DNA of 48,520 nt from IMG/VR virus record IMGVR_UViG_2563366838_000005; one strand, given 5' to 3'. Shown here piece by piece: positions 38,748-47,210 of the stretch. Made by a program: the position numbers and the translations under genes. Within the stretch, counting starts at the first letter, position 1. Each line of letters opens with the position of its first letter. The notes below the pieces were generated by a model. It was given only the letters and a program-made list of their open reading frames with translations. It was not told where the DNA came from and ran no database searches. The stretch comes from a virus (lineage: Duplodnaviria; Heunggongvirae; Uroviricota; Caudoviricetes).

Positions 38748-39109
38748 GCATCAAAACCCATACCGGAATAATCATTACCAATGATGGTGAGAAAAAAGTG
38801 AAGTTGCGCGAGACGCCGACAACCTGGTGTGTTGGTCCGAAAGAAACATATCGCAAGGAAGATGGCCGTCGTTGTGGGGCACCACTTTCCCGCCGTCGCC
38901 TCCTTTTGAGCACGATAAAACCTATCGGGCAGGTTGAGCAACCAACGACTCCGGTAACGAAGATTTCAGACAAGAGTCTGGCAAACCTGATCTCCGATGC
39001 GGACAAGGTGCTGGAGCGGAACACCCCCGTTGCAGATGAGGAATGGTGGCAGGATTTCCGAGCAGCAATGCTAGAGCTTCAGGAACGTCGTCGGGAGGAG
39101 TTGAAGTGA
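38744..39109 (+). CDS. Hypothetical protein
   Basis: 121 aa ORF overlapping neighbours. Confidence 0.4.
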   Translation: MSIKTHTGIIITNDGEKKVKLRETPTTWCVGPKETYRKEDGRRCGAPLSRRRLLLSTIKPIGQVEQPTTPVTKISDKSLANLISDADKVLERNTPVADEEWWQDFRAAMLELQERRREELK

Positions 39110-39813
39110 GCAAGATGAAAGAGCGCGGCATGATTTTTAATGATGCGATGGTCAGGGCCATCCTCGAAGGCAGGAAGACGCAGACTCGCCGACCTGTAAA
39201 AAATGTCAGGGCCGATAACTGCCTGGTTATCCGTAAACCGACAAAGAAACGCAATGGTGTCTATACCCACGTTATGGATGCACCTGAACATGGTTTATGT
39301 CCGTTCGGTAACGTTGGTGATCGCATATGGGTCCGTGAAGCGTGGGCGATATTAGGCAATGAGGATGGTTGCAGTGTGGACTGGAACGACAACCTTTGTC
39401 GTGGCGATGAGAAGAACGCAGCAAGGATTTATCGGGCCAGTTGCGAGCAAAAGCCTGGTGATTACGGCCTGTGGTCGATACCCGATGATGCCGACTGGAA
39501 ACCTCACACTGTGAATGAAAAGTTTGATGGCGGGTGGTGTCCATCAATTCACATGCCGCGCTGGGCTTCGCGTATTTTGCTGGAAATTACCGACGTGCGT
39601 GTGGAACGGCTGCATGACATGAGCGAGGCAGATGCTAAAGCGGAAGGCGCATCTCCGGCGACGTACAAGATTACACCGCCGGAAGCTGTTTATCGCGTTG
39701 GCTTTGGTGATATCTGGCGCGGTATTTACGGGCAAGAGAACTGGCTATCTAACCCGTGGGTATGGGTAATTGAGTTTAAGCGTATTCAGGAGGCAACCAG
39801 TGAGCGAAATTAA
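39106..39813 (+). CDS. Conserved phage hypothetical protein
   Basis: GTG 39106 after GGAGG SD (or ATG 39112); N-terminal MIFNDAMVRAILEGRKTQTRR motif. Confidence 0.45.
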   Translation: MSKMKERGMIFNDAMVRAILEGRKTQTRRPVKNVRADNCLVIRKPTKKRNGVYTHVMDAPEHGLCPFGNVGDRIWVREAWAILGNEDGCSVDWNDNLCRGDEKNAARIYRASCEQKPGDYGLWSIPDDADWKPHTVNEKFDGGWCPSIHMPRWASRILLEITDVRVERLHDMSEADAKAEGASPATYKITPPEAVYRVGFGDIWRGIYGQENWLSNPWVWVIEFKRIQEATSERN

Positions 39814-40396
39814 TTACCAGGCACTGCGTGAGGCAGCAGAAGCAATAAAAGTCGTGGCAACGCCGCAAAAATTGCTCGCGTTTCGTATGAAGGTCACACC
39901 GCAGGTTGTGCTGGCGCTACTGGATGAAATTAAGCGGCTGGAGGACACAAATATCGATGCTATGTGCCGAATTGCGGAGTATGAGACTAATCTCGCTGCG
40001 CTGGTGGTGGAGAACGACGGACTGAAACACGCAATGGCCGTAACTCTTGAGCATGTGTCGGTCACGGATGCAGGGCAGGCTGGTGTTGCTGCAATGATTA
40101 TCAATGATGCCCTACACCACAGCGAAACTCCAGCTACCGATGCTTTTCTGGCTGAAATTCGTGCGGAAGCACGCAACGAGGGGATTAACTATACCGCCAG
40201 CCGTCTTGCTGCTGCGTTCAATCACGGATTTATCAATAAGTCTTTGCGTGAAGTTTTCGACGTTACGCGCATGATTCTGTCAGCGAAAGAAGAGTTGGCT
40301 AATGAACCGTACCCGATTGATGGCCTGTCCGGTGAATATGCGGAGAAATCCCTTGAAGAATGGGCGGAACAGATTCGCAAAGGAGTTCAGTTATGA
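39800..40396 (+). CDS. Ea22-like protein, paralog 1
   Basis: GTG 39800 after AGGAGG; N-terminal INYQALREAAEA..VVLALLDEIKRLE shared with 40623..41285. Confidence 0.55.
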   Translation: MSEINYQALREAAEAIKVVATPQKLLAFRMKVTPQVVLALLDEIKRLEDTNIDAMCRIAEYETNLAALVVENDGLKHAMAVTLEHVSVTDAGQAGVAAMIINDALHHSETPATDAFLAEIRAEARNEGINYTASRLAAAFNHGFINKSLREVFDVTRMILSAKEELANEPYPIDGLSGEYAEKSLEEWAEQIRKGVQL

Positions 40397-40626
40397 GCAT
40401 CCGAACTGAACATGGATTTGGTCCTTCAACAGTCGAAGTCGAATGGCTTGATGATTGCCCTAAGTGCCAGCACGGCAAAGCCAAGGTAACAGGATGGTCG
40501 GTAACCAAAGATTCTTTGTGGGCGGGTGATGAGGCTGTCTGTTCCAAATGCGGTCACAAAGGTGAAATCGATGCTGATGGAGAGAATGCCTGGGTGGAAT
40601 GGGACGAAATCGAGGAGGCACAATGA
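40393..40626 (+). CDS. Small zinc-ribbon protein
   Basis: 77 aa with CPKC...CSKC pair. Confidence 0.5.
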   Translation: MSIRTEHGFGPSTVEVEWLDDCPKCQHGKAKVTGWSVTKDSLWAGDEAVCSKCGHKGEIDADGENAWVEWDEIEEAQ

Positions 40627-41285
40627 GCAAAATTGACTATCAGGCACTGCGTGATGCGGCAGAAAAGGCAACACAGGGTGAATGGGTCGCATTTATTTCG
40701 CCGGGCAAATACGGCACGTACGCCGTACACACACCAGGTGATAATCATCACGGAGATATTGTCGACTGGCCAGGATTCGACGAACAGAAAAACGCAGAGA
40801 ACAACGCTCGTTATATCGCAGCTTTCAACCCTGAAGTAGTGCAGGCATTACTGGATGAACGGGAAAGAAACCAGCAATACATCAAATCACGCGACCAGGA
40901 GAACGAGGAAATTGCGCTAACGGTAGGGAAGCTGCGTGTTGAGCTGGAAGCCGCAGAGAAGCGCAACGCAAAATTACAAAGCGAGAATGCATACATCCGC
41001 AACCGGTACAAAGAACTGGACCTGTTAATCGGGAAAAACATTCTGGTCATGCAGGCTGCGATTATCGAATGGCAGGCAACTGGCGACGCTAAGAGCGGAC
41101 TGGCATGGATTTATAACACACTGTTTGGCCCAGGCGAATTGCCGGACGAATCTGAGAAAGATGCTCAGGCCTACTTTAATCGCAAATATGCACCGATTGA
41201 CGAAAAGCTTATGGAGCTTCACAAGTGGTTTTGGGAACAAAGTAAAGCCGAGCGCGCCGCTGGCATTGGCGTGAAGGGGGAATGA
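40623..41285 (+). CDS. Ea22-like protein, paralog 2
   Basis: ATG 40623 after GAGGAGG; N-terminal IDYQALRDAAEKA..VVQALLDERERN. Confidence 0.55.
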   Translation: MSKIDYQALRDAAEKATQGEWVAFISPGKYGTYAVHTPGDNHHGDIVDWPGFDEQKNAENNARYIAAFNPEVVQALLDERERNQQYIKSRDQENEEIALTVGKLRVELEAAEKRNAKLQSENAYIRNRYKELDLLIGKNILVMQAAIIEWQATGDAKSGLAWIYNTLFGPGELPDESEKDAQAYFNRKYAPIDEKLMELHKWFWEQSKAERAAGIGVKGE

Positions 41286-41641
41286 GTATGGCTTTTGTAT
41301 CAATCATAACTGGTGGCAGAGGTCGCAAGCGTGACACGGCAGGAATATCCGTTAGATATTCAAAATCAGGATCTGTGCAGTGCTATATCGGAGTTGATGT
41401 CAGATCGAACAGTCGATTTATTTTCGTTGAGTTGGATGAGGAAAACAGGCAGATCAGGGTGATGCCAACCTCGGATGAAAAGGGTGCAAAGATGTCTGGT
41501 GCAAGCAGAGGGACATTCTCAGTAACTAAAAAGTTTGGGGATGTGGTTATACCTTCAGGACATAAAAAAGCTTTCATCGAGCTGGAAAAAAATGCTGATG
41601 GTTGGTGGTACGGTAAATATCAAGAAGGGGATACGGCATGA
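41282..41641 (+). CDS. Hypothetical protein
   Basis: 119 aa ORF. Confidence 0.4.
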   Translation: MSMAFVSIITGGRGRKRDTAGISVRYSKSGSVQCYIGVDVRSNSRFIFVELDEENRQIRVMPTSDEKGAKMSGASRGTFSVTKKFGDVVIPSGHKKAFIELEKNADGWWYGKYQEGDTA

Positions 41642-42012
41642 TCACTATTACCAAAGAGCGACTGCTGACAATCAAGCAGTGGCGCGAAACATACGGACCT
41701 GATAGCAACGTTGTACTGCCAGCAGAAGAAGCGGAAGAACTGGCACGAATTGCACTTGCATCGCTGGAAGCAGAACCGGTGGCGTGGATGCGTGATGACG
41801 CAGATGGTCGTGAGTATAACGCTCGCAATGAATTTTCTGGTGGAGGGGGAGGAGTTCCACTCTACGCCACCCCTCCAGTGCCAGTAGTACCGGAAGAAAA
41901 ACCAATGCCTAATCCTCTTAGCATGTACGCGGTTGATGCTGTTGCCGCTATTGCAGAGGTGAGAGGCTGGAATGCCTGCCGCGCGGCTATGCTTCATGGG
42001 AAAGGAAAGTGA
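41638..42012 (+). CDS. Hypothetical protein, paralogous to 42014..42289
   Basis: Shared N-terminal TKE(R/Q)L..I...RE and (E/A)PVAW motifs. Confidence 0.4.
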   Translation: MITITKERLLTIKQWRETYGPDSNVVLPAEEAEELARIALASLEAEPVAWMRDDADGREYNARNEFSGGGGGVPLYATPPVPVVPEEKPMPNPLSMYAVDAVAAIAEVRGWNACRAAMLHGKGK

Positions 42013-42013
42013 T

Positions 42014-42289
42014 ATGGCTACTTTTACCAAAGAGCAATTGATTGCCCATATTCGTGAACGTAAGGAAGCGCGCCAGAGAATGTTGGATACGGTAACTATT
42101 AACCCCGGATTTCGTGAATATCTTGAAAGAGAGCTTGCTACAGATGAAATTGCACTGGCATCCCTGGCATCTGCACCTGTTGCATGGCTAGTTGGAGGGC
42201 GTTTGTTCACAACTGAGATAGCTGCGGGGATGTACGCTAGTGAGGTGAGGAAAGCAGTTAAGCCGCTATTCTTTTCTGCACTACTGTGA
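42014..42289 (+). CDS. Hypothetical protein, paralog of 41638..42012
   Basis: ATG 42014 after AGGAAAG; shared motifs with preceding gene. Confidence 0.4.
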   Translation: MATFTKEQLIAHIRERKEARQRMLDTVTINPGFREYLERELATDEIALASLASAPVAWLVGGRLFTTEIAAGMYASEVRKAVKPLFFSALL

Positions 42290-42434
42290 GTATTGTTTTT
42301 TTATTGATCGATCAACCACATTTTGAAGGTTTTTTTATGAAGAAACCTTGTTTTAGGTGGTAACTGGGTGTAGTGTTTCATTTAACGTAGTAAAACTGCG
42401 TTAAGCGATTACCGCGTAATTTGTTGCTTTATGA

Positions 42435-42465
42435 AGCCCTGCCTTTTCGGCGGGGCTTTTTTTTA
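42435..42465 (+). terminator. Rho-independent terminator immediately upstream of holin gene
   Basis: 9 bp stem agccctgcc/ggcggggct with one G-U pair, loop ttttc, then T8. Confidence 0.55.
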
Positions 42466-42477
42466 ACGAGGATTTCA

Positions 42478-42873
42478 ATGTCAGCAGAACCAATTTCCGG
42501 TACGGCCGTTGCTGCTGGTGGCCTGATGGGTGCCAGCGTTTTTGGTATTGCAACTGGTATTGATTACGGCGTTGTATTCGGGGCATTTGCTGGCGCTGTT
42601 TTCTATGTTGCTACAGCGGTGAATATTAGCCGTCTCAAGCTGATTGGCTATTTCTTTACATCGTTCATTGTTGGAGTGATTGGAGCGCCGTTAGTTGGCT
42701 CATTTCTTGCCAAATGGACCAGCTACAACGATCGTCCTCTGGATGCGCTTGGTGCGGTTATTGTGGCTGCATTGACCATTAAAATCCTCACGTTCGTAAA
42801 CAGCCAGGATCTCGGTAGCATCTTTGGAATGCTTTCCCGCTTACGTGGAGGGGGTTCAAATGGTAAGCAGTGA
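42478..42873 (+). CDS. Putative holin (multi-TM membrane protein)
   Basis: 131 aa from ATG 42478 with GAGGA SD; several hydrophobic helices; first gene of lysis cassette. Confidence 0.55.
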   Translation: MSAEPISGTAVAAGGLMGASVFGIATGIDYGVVFGAFAGAVFYVATAVNISRLKLIGYFFTSFIVGVIGAPLVGSFLAKWTSYNDRPLDALGAVIVAALTIKILTFVNSQDLGSIFGMLSRLRGGGSNGKQ

Positions 42874-43156
42874 CCCGTCAGCACTGATTAATGCGGTGCT
42901 TTGCACAGTAATAGTAATGGCGCTGATGCTTTATCGACGGAAAGACTCCAGGCATCGTCCATTTGTTTCCTTTCTGGCTTATATCTACGTCATTGTATAC
43001 GCCAATGTTCCCTTCCGTTATGTGTTCGGTCTTTATCAAGAATCCCACTGGCTGGTGGTTATTGGAAATCTGATTATCTGCATCGTTGTTCTGTATTTCA
43101 GGGGCAATCTGGCGCGGATAGTTGACGCATTAGGGTTTAATCATGACCAAAGATGA
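42860..43156 (+). CDS. Lysis-associated membrane protein (second holin or antiholin candidate)
   Basis: 98 aa from ATG 42860; three hydrophobic segments; overlaps endolysin start. Confidence 0.45.
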   Translation: MVSSDPSALINAVLCTVIVMALMLYRRKDSRHRPFVSFLAYIYVIVYANVPFRYVFGLYQESHWLVVIGNLIICIVVLYFRGNLARIVDALGFNHDQR

Positions 43157-43685
43157 GATTTTTAACAGCATTCTTGGAAAAGAGGGCGGCTATGTGGATC
43201 ACCCTGACGACAAGGGAGGCCCAACAAAGTGGGGCATTACTCAGAATACTGCCCGTGCTCACGGATACCGTGGCGATATGCGAGATCTGACGCGAGAACA
43301 GGCTCTGATGATTCTTGAAGGTGATTATTGGTATGGGCCTCGTTTTGACCAGGTGGCGCAATTTTCCCCTGATATTGCGGCTGAGATGTGCGATACGGGC
43401 GTCAACATGGGGCCGACTGTGGCTACGAAGATGCTTCAACGTTGGCTGAATGTTTTCAACCGTGGCGGGAAGTTGTATCCAGATATGGATGTGGATGGGC
43501 GAATCGGCCCGCGCACCATTGCGGCATTACGTGCTTATCTTGGGAATCGGGGAAAAGACGGCGAACGGGTAATGCTGACGGCCCTGAACTGTACGCAGGG
43601 CGACCGTTATCTGGACCTGGCGGAGAAACGCGAAGCAAATGAGTCGTTTGTCTATGGCTGGATGAAAGAGCGAGTGGTGGTATGA
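43143..43685 (+). CDS. Endolysin, GH108-like N-terminal domain with peptidoglycan-binding C-terminal domain
   Basis: 180 aa; N-terminal EGGYVDHPDDKGGPTKWGIT motif characteristic of GH108 lysozymes. Confidence 0.75.
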   Translation: MTKDEIFNSILGKEGGYVDHPDDKGGPTKWGITQNTARAHGYRGDMRDLTREQALMILEGDYWYGPRFDQVAQFSPDIAAEMCDTGVNMGPTVATKMLQRWLNVFNRGGKLYPDMDVDGRIGPRTIAALRAYLGNRGKDGERVMLTALNCTQGDRYLDLAEKREANESFVYGWMKERVVV

Positions 43686-43960
43686 CTGGTTTGAAAGCCG
43701 TTTTGTCATTTATCGGCACCGTTATATTGGTTGCATTCGGTGCGTTTGGTTTTGGTCGTATGAAGGGGCGAGAAAAGGCCGAAGATGAAGCTGAAAAGCA
43801 GCGCATTAATGAGAATGCAGCCGCCGTAAAAGCCACTGCGGAGCGGCGTATAGAAGTGACAAAAGAGGTGGGCAATGTACAGCAGAGTGTTAACCATATG
43901 GCTGATGACGATGTTGATCGCGAGCTGCGGGAGTCGTGGAAGCGTCCCGGTGGTGGTTGA
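43682..43960 (+). CDS. i-spanin (Rz-like)
   Basis: 92 aa; N-terminal TM helix, charged coiled region; start overlaps endolysin stop. Confidence 0.6.
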   Translation: MTGLKAVLSFIGTVILVAFGAFGFGRMKGREKAEDEAEKQRINENAAAVKATAERRIEVTKEVGNVQQSVNHMADDDVDRELRESWKRPGGG

Positions 43961-44084
43961 TACCGCCTGTGATTGGGTAAAGCCCATCTACCTGACTGAT
44001 CACGATATCGATGTTATGGACCGCCAGACAAAGAAAGATATTCTGGCTCATAACAGGGCATGGGAAATCAACTGCCCCAAGTAA
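43875..44084 (+). CDS. o-spanin (Rz1-like lipoprotein)
   Basis: 69 aa; lipobox LIASC; starts in an alternate frame inside the i-spanin gene. Confidence 0.6.
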   Translation: MYSRVLTIWLMTMLIASCGSRGSVPVVVDTACDWVKPIYLTDHDIDVMDRQTKKDILAHNRAWEINCPK

Positions 44085-44253
44085 TATATATTTCTATAAT
44101 TATATAAATATATAGTTACAACATTCTATGCGCTTTTCTCATGGGCGCACGCATCAACCATGTTTGTCTGATATGCCGCCGCGCCCAAAAATCCTGAATT
44201 TATTGGCTGGGATTTTCGTGCGCGGCGCCACACCAGACAAACAGATCAAATAT

Positions 44254-44329
44254 GGCCCCTTAGCTCAGTGGTTAGAGCAGGCGACTCATAATCGCACGGT
44301 CATCGGTTCAAATCCGGTAGGGGCCACCA
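44254..44329 (+). tRNA. tRNA with CAU anticodon, most like tRNA-Ile2 (lysidine type); could be scored as tRNA-Met
   Basis: 76 nt cloverleaf with 7 bp acceptor stem, D-arm GCTC/GAGC, anticodon loop CTCATAA, T-loop TTCAAAT, encoded CCA; resembles E. coli ileX as recalled. Confidence 0.8.
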
Positions 44330-44637
44330 ATTCACTCTCACACATAAAGATAAGCGCGGTGGAGTTACTTCCTTCGTGCTCATCTTTATGCGTGCCTGGT
44401 GCGCATTTCGGGCGAACGTGGGGCTAAGTTACAGGCAGGGCCTGTTATCCGCAAAGGGGTAAAAGCTGGAGCGGCACGGAACTGTAGCCGTGTTACCAAA
44501 ACAGCGTTGTCGGGCGATATCCGGCACACAACAGGCAAGGGCATTAATCAGTCTGGTTAGTGCCCTTTTCGTTGCGTCTGCTGTAGAGCTGGCCAGCGTT
44601 ATGACTGCCGGAGATAAGCGCCGGAGGCACAACTAAC

Positions 44638-45225
44638 ATGGAGGCAATTGCATTGTTTAATCTGATTTATGCAGATCCCCCCTGGGAATACAAAGATAAG
44701 TGTAAGGATGGGAATCGTGGAGCTGGTTTTAAGTATCCAACGATGAAAGCTGAGGATATTGCTCGTATTCCTGTCTGGCAGCTTGCTAATCCTGAATCGT
44801 GTTTGTTGGCCATGTGGTGGGTTCCGACTCAGCCAGAAGAAGCGTTGCTGGTGGTGAAAGCATGGGGATTCAGGCTTATGACCATGAAGGGCTTCACATG
44901 GAACAAATGTGGTAGCCGACAACCAGATAAGCTGGTGATGGGGATGGGGCATATGACTCGTGCAAACAGTGAAGATTGCTTGTTTGCGGTAAAAGGCAAA
45001 TTGCCGACCCGCCTTGATGCGGGGATCATTCAGTCGTTTACATCGCCTCGTCTGGAGCATTCTCGGAAGCCTGATGTGGTTCGTGACAAGCTGGTAAGGC
45101 TGTTAGGTGATGTTCCTCGTATTGAGCTGTTTGCTCGCGGTGATTTACCTGATGGTTGGCATGGCTGGGGCAACCAGTGCAATGGAAGTATCCAGTTGCA
45201 TGATGCTCTCTGGCAAGTGGTATAG
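44638..45225 (+). CDS. DNA adenine methyltransferase, MT-A70-like
   Basis: 195 aa; IYADPPWEY catalytic motif near N-terminus. Confidence 0.7.
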   Translation: MEAIALFNLIYADPPWEYKDKCKDGNRGAGFKYPTMKAEDIARIPVWQLANPESCLLAMWWVPTQPEEALLVVKAWGFRLMTMKGFTWNKCGSRQPDKLVMGMGHMTRANSEDCLFAVKGKLPTRLDAGIIQSFTSPRLEHSRKPDVVRDKLVRLLGDVPRIELFARGDLPDGWHGWGNQCNGSIQLHDALWQVV

Positions 45226-45336
45226 AATTATATAATTATAGATTTATATAAAAGTGCTTTACAGGTGGGAAAAAATTTCCTATGGTTATACCCGAAACCG
45301 AGCGATACCCGCCCTGGTTAAACCGGAGATAACCCG
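45221..45336 (+). promoter_or_regulatory. Conserved promoter/leader block, copy 3
   Basis: Near-identical to copies 1 and 2 (TTTACA-17 nt-TATGGT variant), ends at ATG 45337. Confidence 0.55.
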
Positions 45337-45606
45337 ATGAAAGTACAAGACCGTGAAGTAGTAAAAAACCTCCTGCAATACCTGACCTCAAAAAACCTGA
45401 CTGGCAGCGTTGAGTTCCGTGAAGCGTTAAAACATTTCAACGTCACTACGGTTTATCGTTGGGAAAACAAACATTCTGAAAGACCGTATGTGGTGGATGT
45501 TTTTGCGCCTGATATTGAGTGCGGTTTTGAGCGTCATTCGTTCAAGGAGAAACATTCTGCTGATTTTTTTTGTGAGGTTGTATGTGCGGCAGGAGATGAT
45601 GAGTGA
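45337..45606 (+). CDS. Hypothetical protein (89 aa) driven by conserved promoter copy 3
   Basis: ORF begins at end of conserved block. Confidence 0.5.
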   Translation: MKVQDREVVKNLLQYLTSKNLTGSVEFREALKHFNVTTVYRWENKHSERPYVVDVFAPDIECGFERHSFKEKHSADFFCEVVCAAGDDE

Positions 45607-45803
45607 TGCGTATTTCCTTCAAACGTGCGACTGAGCAGCAACGCAAAGAGTTCCTGGCTGATGATGTAGCGGCCGTTTATGACCTCATGAAAGAGGTTGT
45701 GGAATCAGGGAACTACACGGCGGCAAAGATGCTTAAACTGCAATTCTTGCTGGGCGACCTGAAATACAAATCCGAAGTTGTCGCCGGACGACGCGAGCAT
45801 TAA
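45603..45803 (+). CDS. Hypothetical protein
   Basis: 66 aa ORF overlapping the previous stop, followed by terminator. Confidence 0.4.
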   Translation: MMRISFKRATEQQRKEFLADDVAAVYDLMKEVVESGNYTAAKMLKLQFLLGDLKYKSEVVAGRREH

Positions 45804-45826
45804 ACCGTAACGATAACGAACAACGA

Positions 45827-45853
45827 GCCTCGGCAATTGCCGGGGCTTTTTTA
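45827..45853 (+). terminator. Rho-independent terminator
   Basis: 8 bp stem gcctcggc/gccggggc with one G-U pair, loop aatt, then T6. Confidence 0.6.
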
Positions 45854-45877
45854 CATCCAGACAAAGGAGAACATGGG

Positions 45878-46177
45878 ATGCCTTCGACAAGCACCAAAAA
45901 AGAAATGGCGGTTAGTGATGTGCTTTACGCGCTTTCGACTATATGTGACGGAGCAATGATGAGGATGAAAGTCCTCCATGAAGCATACGGAAAAAGTCAC
46001 GATGAGGCAGCTAAAGAGTGCCTGAATGAGATTGTGGACTTCATTGATAGCCATCGTTCAGTTATATCGCGTCAACCGACAGCGTCGTCCATCACGATTA
46101 GCGCACCGGTTATCAATATATCAGTAACTGCGGCATGTAAATCAGCAGCGGAAGATGATCGTGCTTATGCCGAGTGA
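45878..46177 (+). CDS. Hypothetical protein
   Basis: 99 aa ORF. Confidence 0.4.
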   Translation: MPSTSTKKEMAVSDVLYALSTICDGAMMRMKVLHEAYGKSHDEAAKECLNEIVDFIDSHRSVISRQPTASSITISAPVINISVTAACKSAAEDDRAYAE

Positions 46178-46367
46178 TTTGTTCTGGTTTCCGCTTCCAA
46201 TAAGAGATTTGTTGGTATTTCTAGCTGGCGCTTACGTCTGGAGAAAAGCGAAAGACACCTCGTTATCTTTGAGGTTTGTCTTAGCTATATCGGTAGGAAC
46301 CGCGCTGGGGACGGCGTATCTCTTGACATTACTGGAGATATTCATTGAAGAATGGATAGTTTCATGA
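46155..46367 (+). CDS. Small membrane protein
   Basis: 70 aa with two hydrophobic helices. Confidence 0.4.
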   Translation: MIVLMPSDLFWFPLPIRDLLVFLAGAYVWRKAKDTSLSLRFVLAISVGTALGTAYLLTLLEIFIEEWIVS

Positions 46368-46516
46368 ATGGTGTTGGCATTTTTCTGATGGTTGTGGCCG
46401 TGTGTTTTTGTATCTCGCTGGTGGTTATCGCTGGTGTCCTGTGGCGCATCTTAGTGGCGCAGAGGGCTTTTCGGCTTAAGCGGGAGCAAATGCGCCTTGA
46501 TTTATATCGAAAGTAA
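46364..46516 (+). CDS. Candidate small membrane peptide (50 aa)
   Basis: ATG 46364 overlapping previous stop; hydrophobic N-terminus and basic C-terminus; terminator follows. Confidence 0.3.
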   Translation: MNGVGIFLMVVAVCFCISLVVIAGVLWRILVAQRAFRLKREQMRLDLYRK

Positions 46517-46524
46517 CTCTTACA

Positions 46525-46554
46525 GCCTCGCGGTGTCGCGGGGCTTTTTATTTT
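46525..46554 (+). terminator. Rho-independent terminator
   Basis: 8 bp stem gcctcgcg/cgcggggc, loop gtgt, then T-run. Confidence 0.6.
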
Positions 46555-46565
46555 CAGGTGATGTT

Positions 46566-46976
46566 ATGGAAAAGAAAGAAGATAAACCGATTGCCATTGG
46601 TGCAGAGTCTGTTCCGTTTAAGTTTGAATTATCCCAACTGGTAACAATGCGTATCAGTGAAGAGTGGGGAGAAGTTCAAGCCCGTGCTCAGTATGCAAAT
46701 GGCGAAAACCAGTATCTGATTCACTATCAGGCGGCTGATGGCCGTGCTACCACAGAGTGGTTCGGTGAGTCGATGCTGATTGCGATGGAGGATAAACGTC
46801 ATCCTGGCTGCCCTGTTTTTGCCTGTATTGATTTGCCAGAAGGCGCGGTACTTGAAGACGACAAAGAAGAATGGTCGCCTGATGGCGAACTTGTCATTAC
46901 CGGAATCGTGGATGGTAAGCCGGAATATTCCCGTATTGAGGTAAATAACGGCCACATCTGTTTGATCCCTGCGTAA
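46566..46976 (+). CDS. Hypothetical protein
   Basis: 136 aa from ATG 46566 with AGGTG SD. Confidence 0.45.
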   Translation: MEKKEDKPIAIGAESVPFKFELSQLVTMRISEEWGEVQARAQYANGENQYLIHYQAADGRATTEWFGESMLIAMEDKRHPGCPVFACIDLPEGAVLEDDKEEWSPDGELVITGIVDGKPEYSRIEVNNGHICLIPA

Positions 46977-47210
46977 CGCATTACAGCAGCTCTTGTGCTA
47001 ATCAGGGGCTGCGATAATGCGCAAACCAAAGCTGCCTCATTAACTCCTGCTCGCTGTGGAGTTAATGCTGGTGGCTTTTTTATTACTGGAAGGTGGGCGA
47101 CCGCCGTCAGTTGCGACCTGACGACAGTCATTCATACCCACAGGGTGCCGTGGATACAAACCGAGGCCCACTTGCTTGCACAAGCGAGGGGATTTTAGCG
47201 GATAAACGGC

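Noticed and set aside
44128-44427. ORF of 99 aa on the + strand
   Set aside because: It overlaps the tRNA at 44254-44329 and has no SD or coding-like composition; the tRNA explains the region
27801-45336. Possibility that the repeated AT-rich motifs form a CRISPR array
   Set aside because: The repeats are dispersed over 18 kb, not regularly spaced with unique spacers, and no cas genes are present
46977-47210. ORF-free stretch with a 10 bp inverted repeat (cattaactcc...ggagttaatg) before the ParB-like gene
   Set aside because: Too little signal to call an RNA gene or terminator confidently; the T-run is separated from the stem by 8 nt
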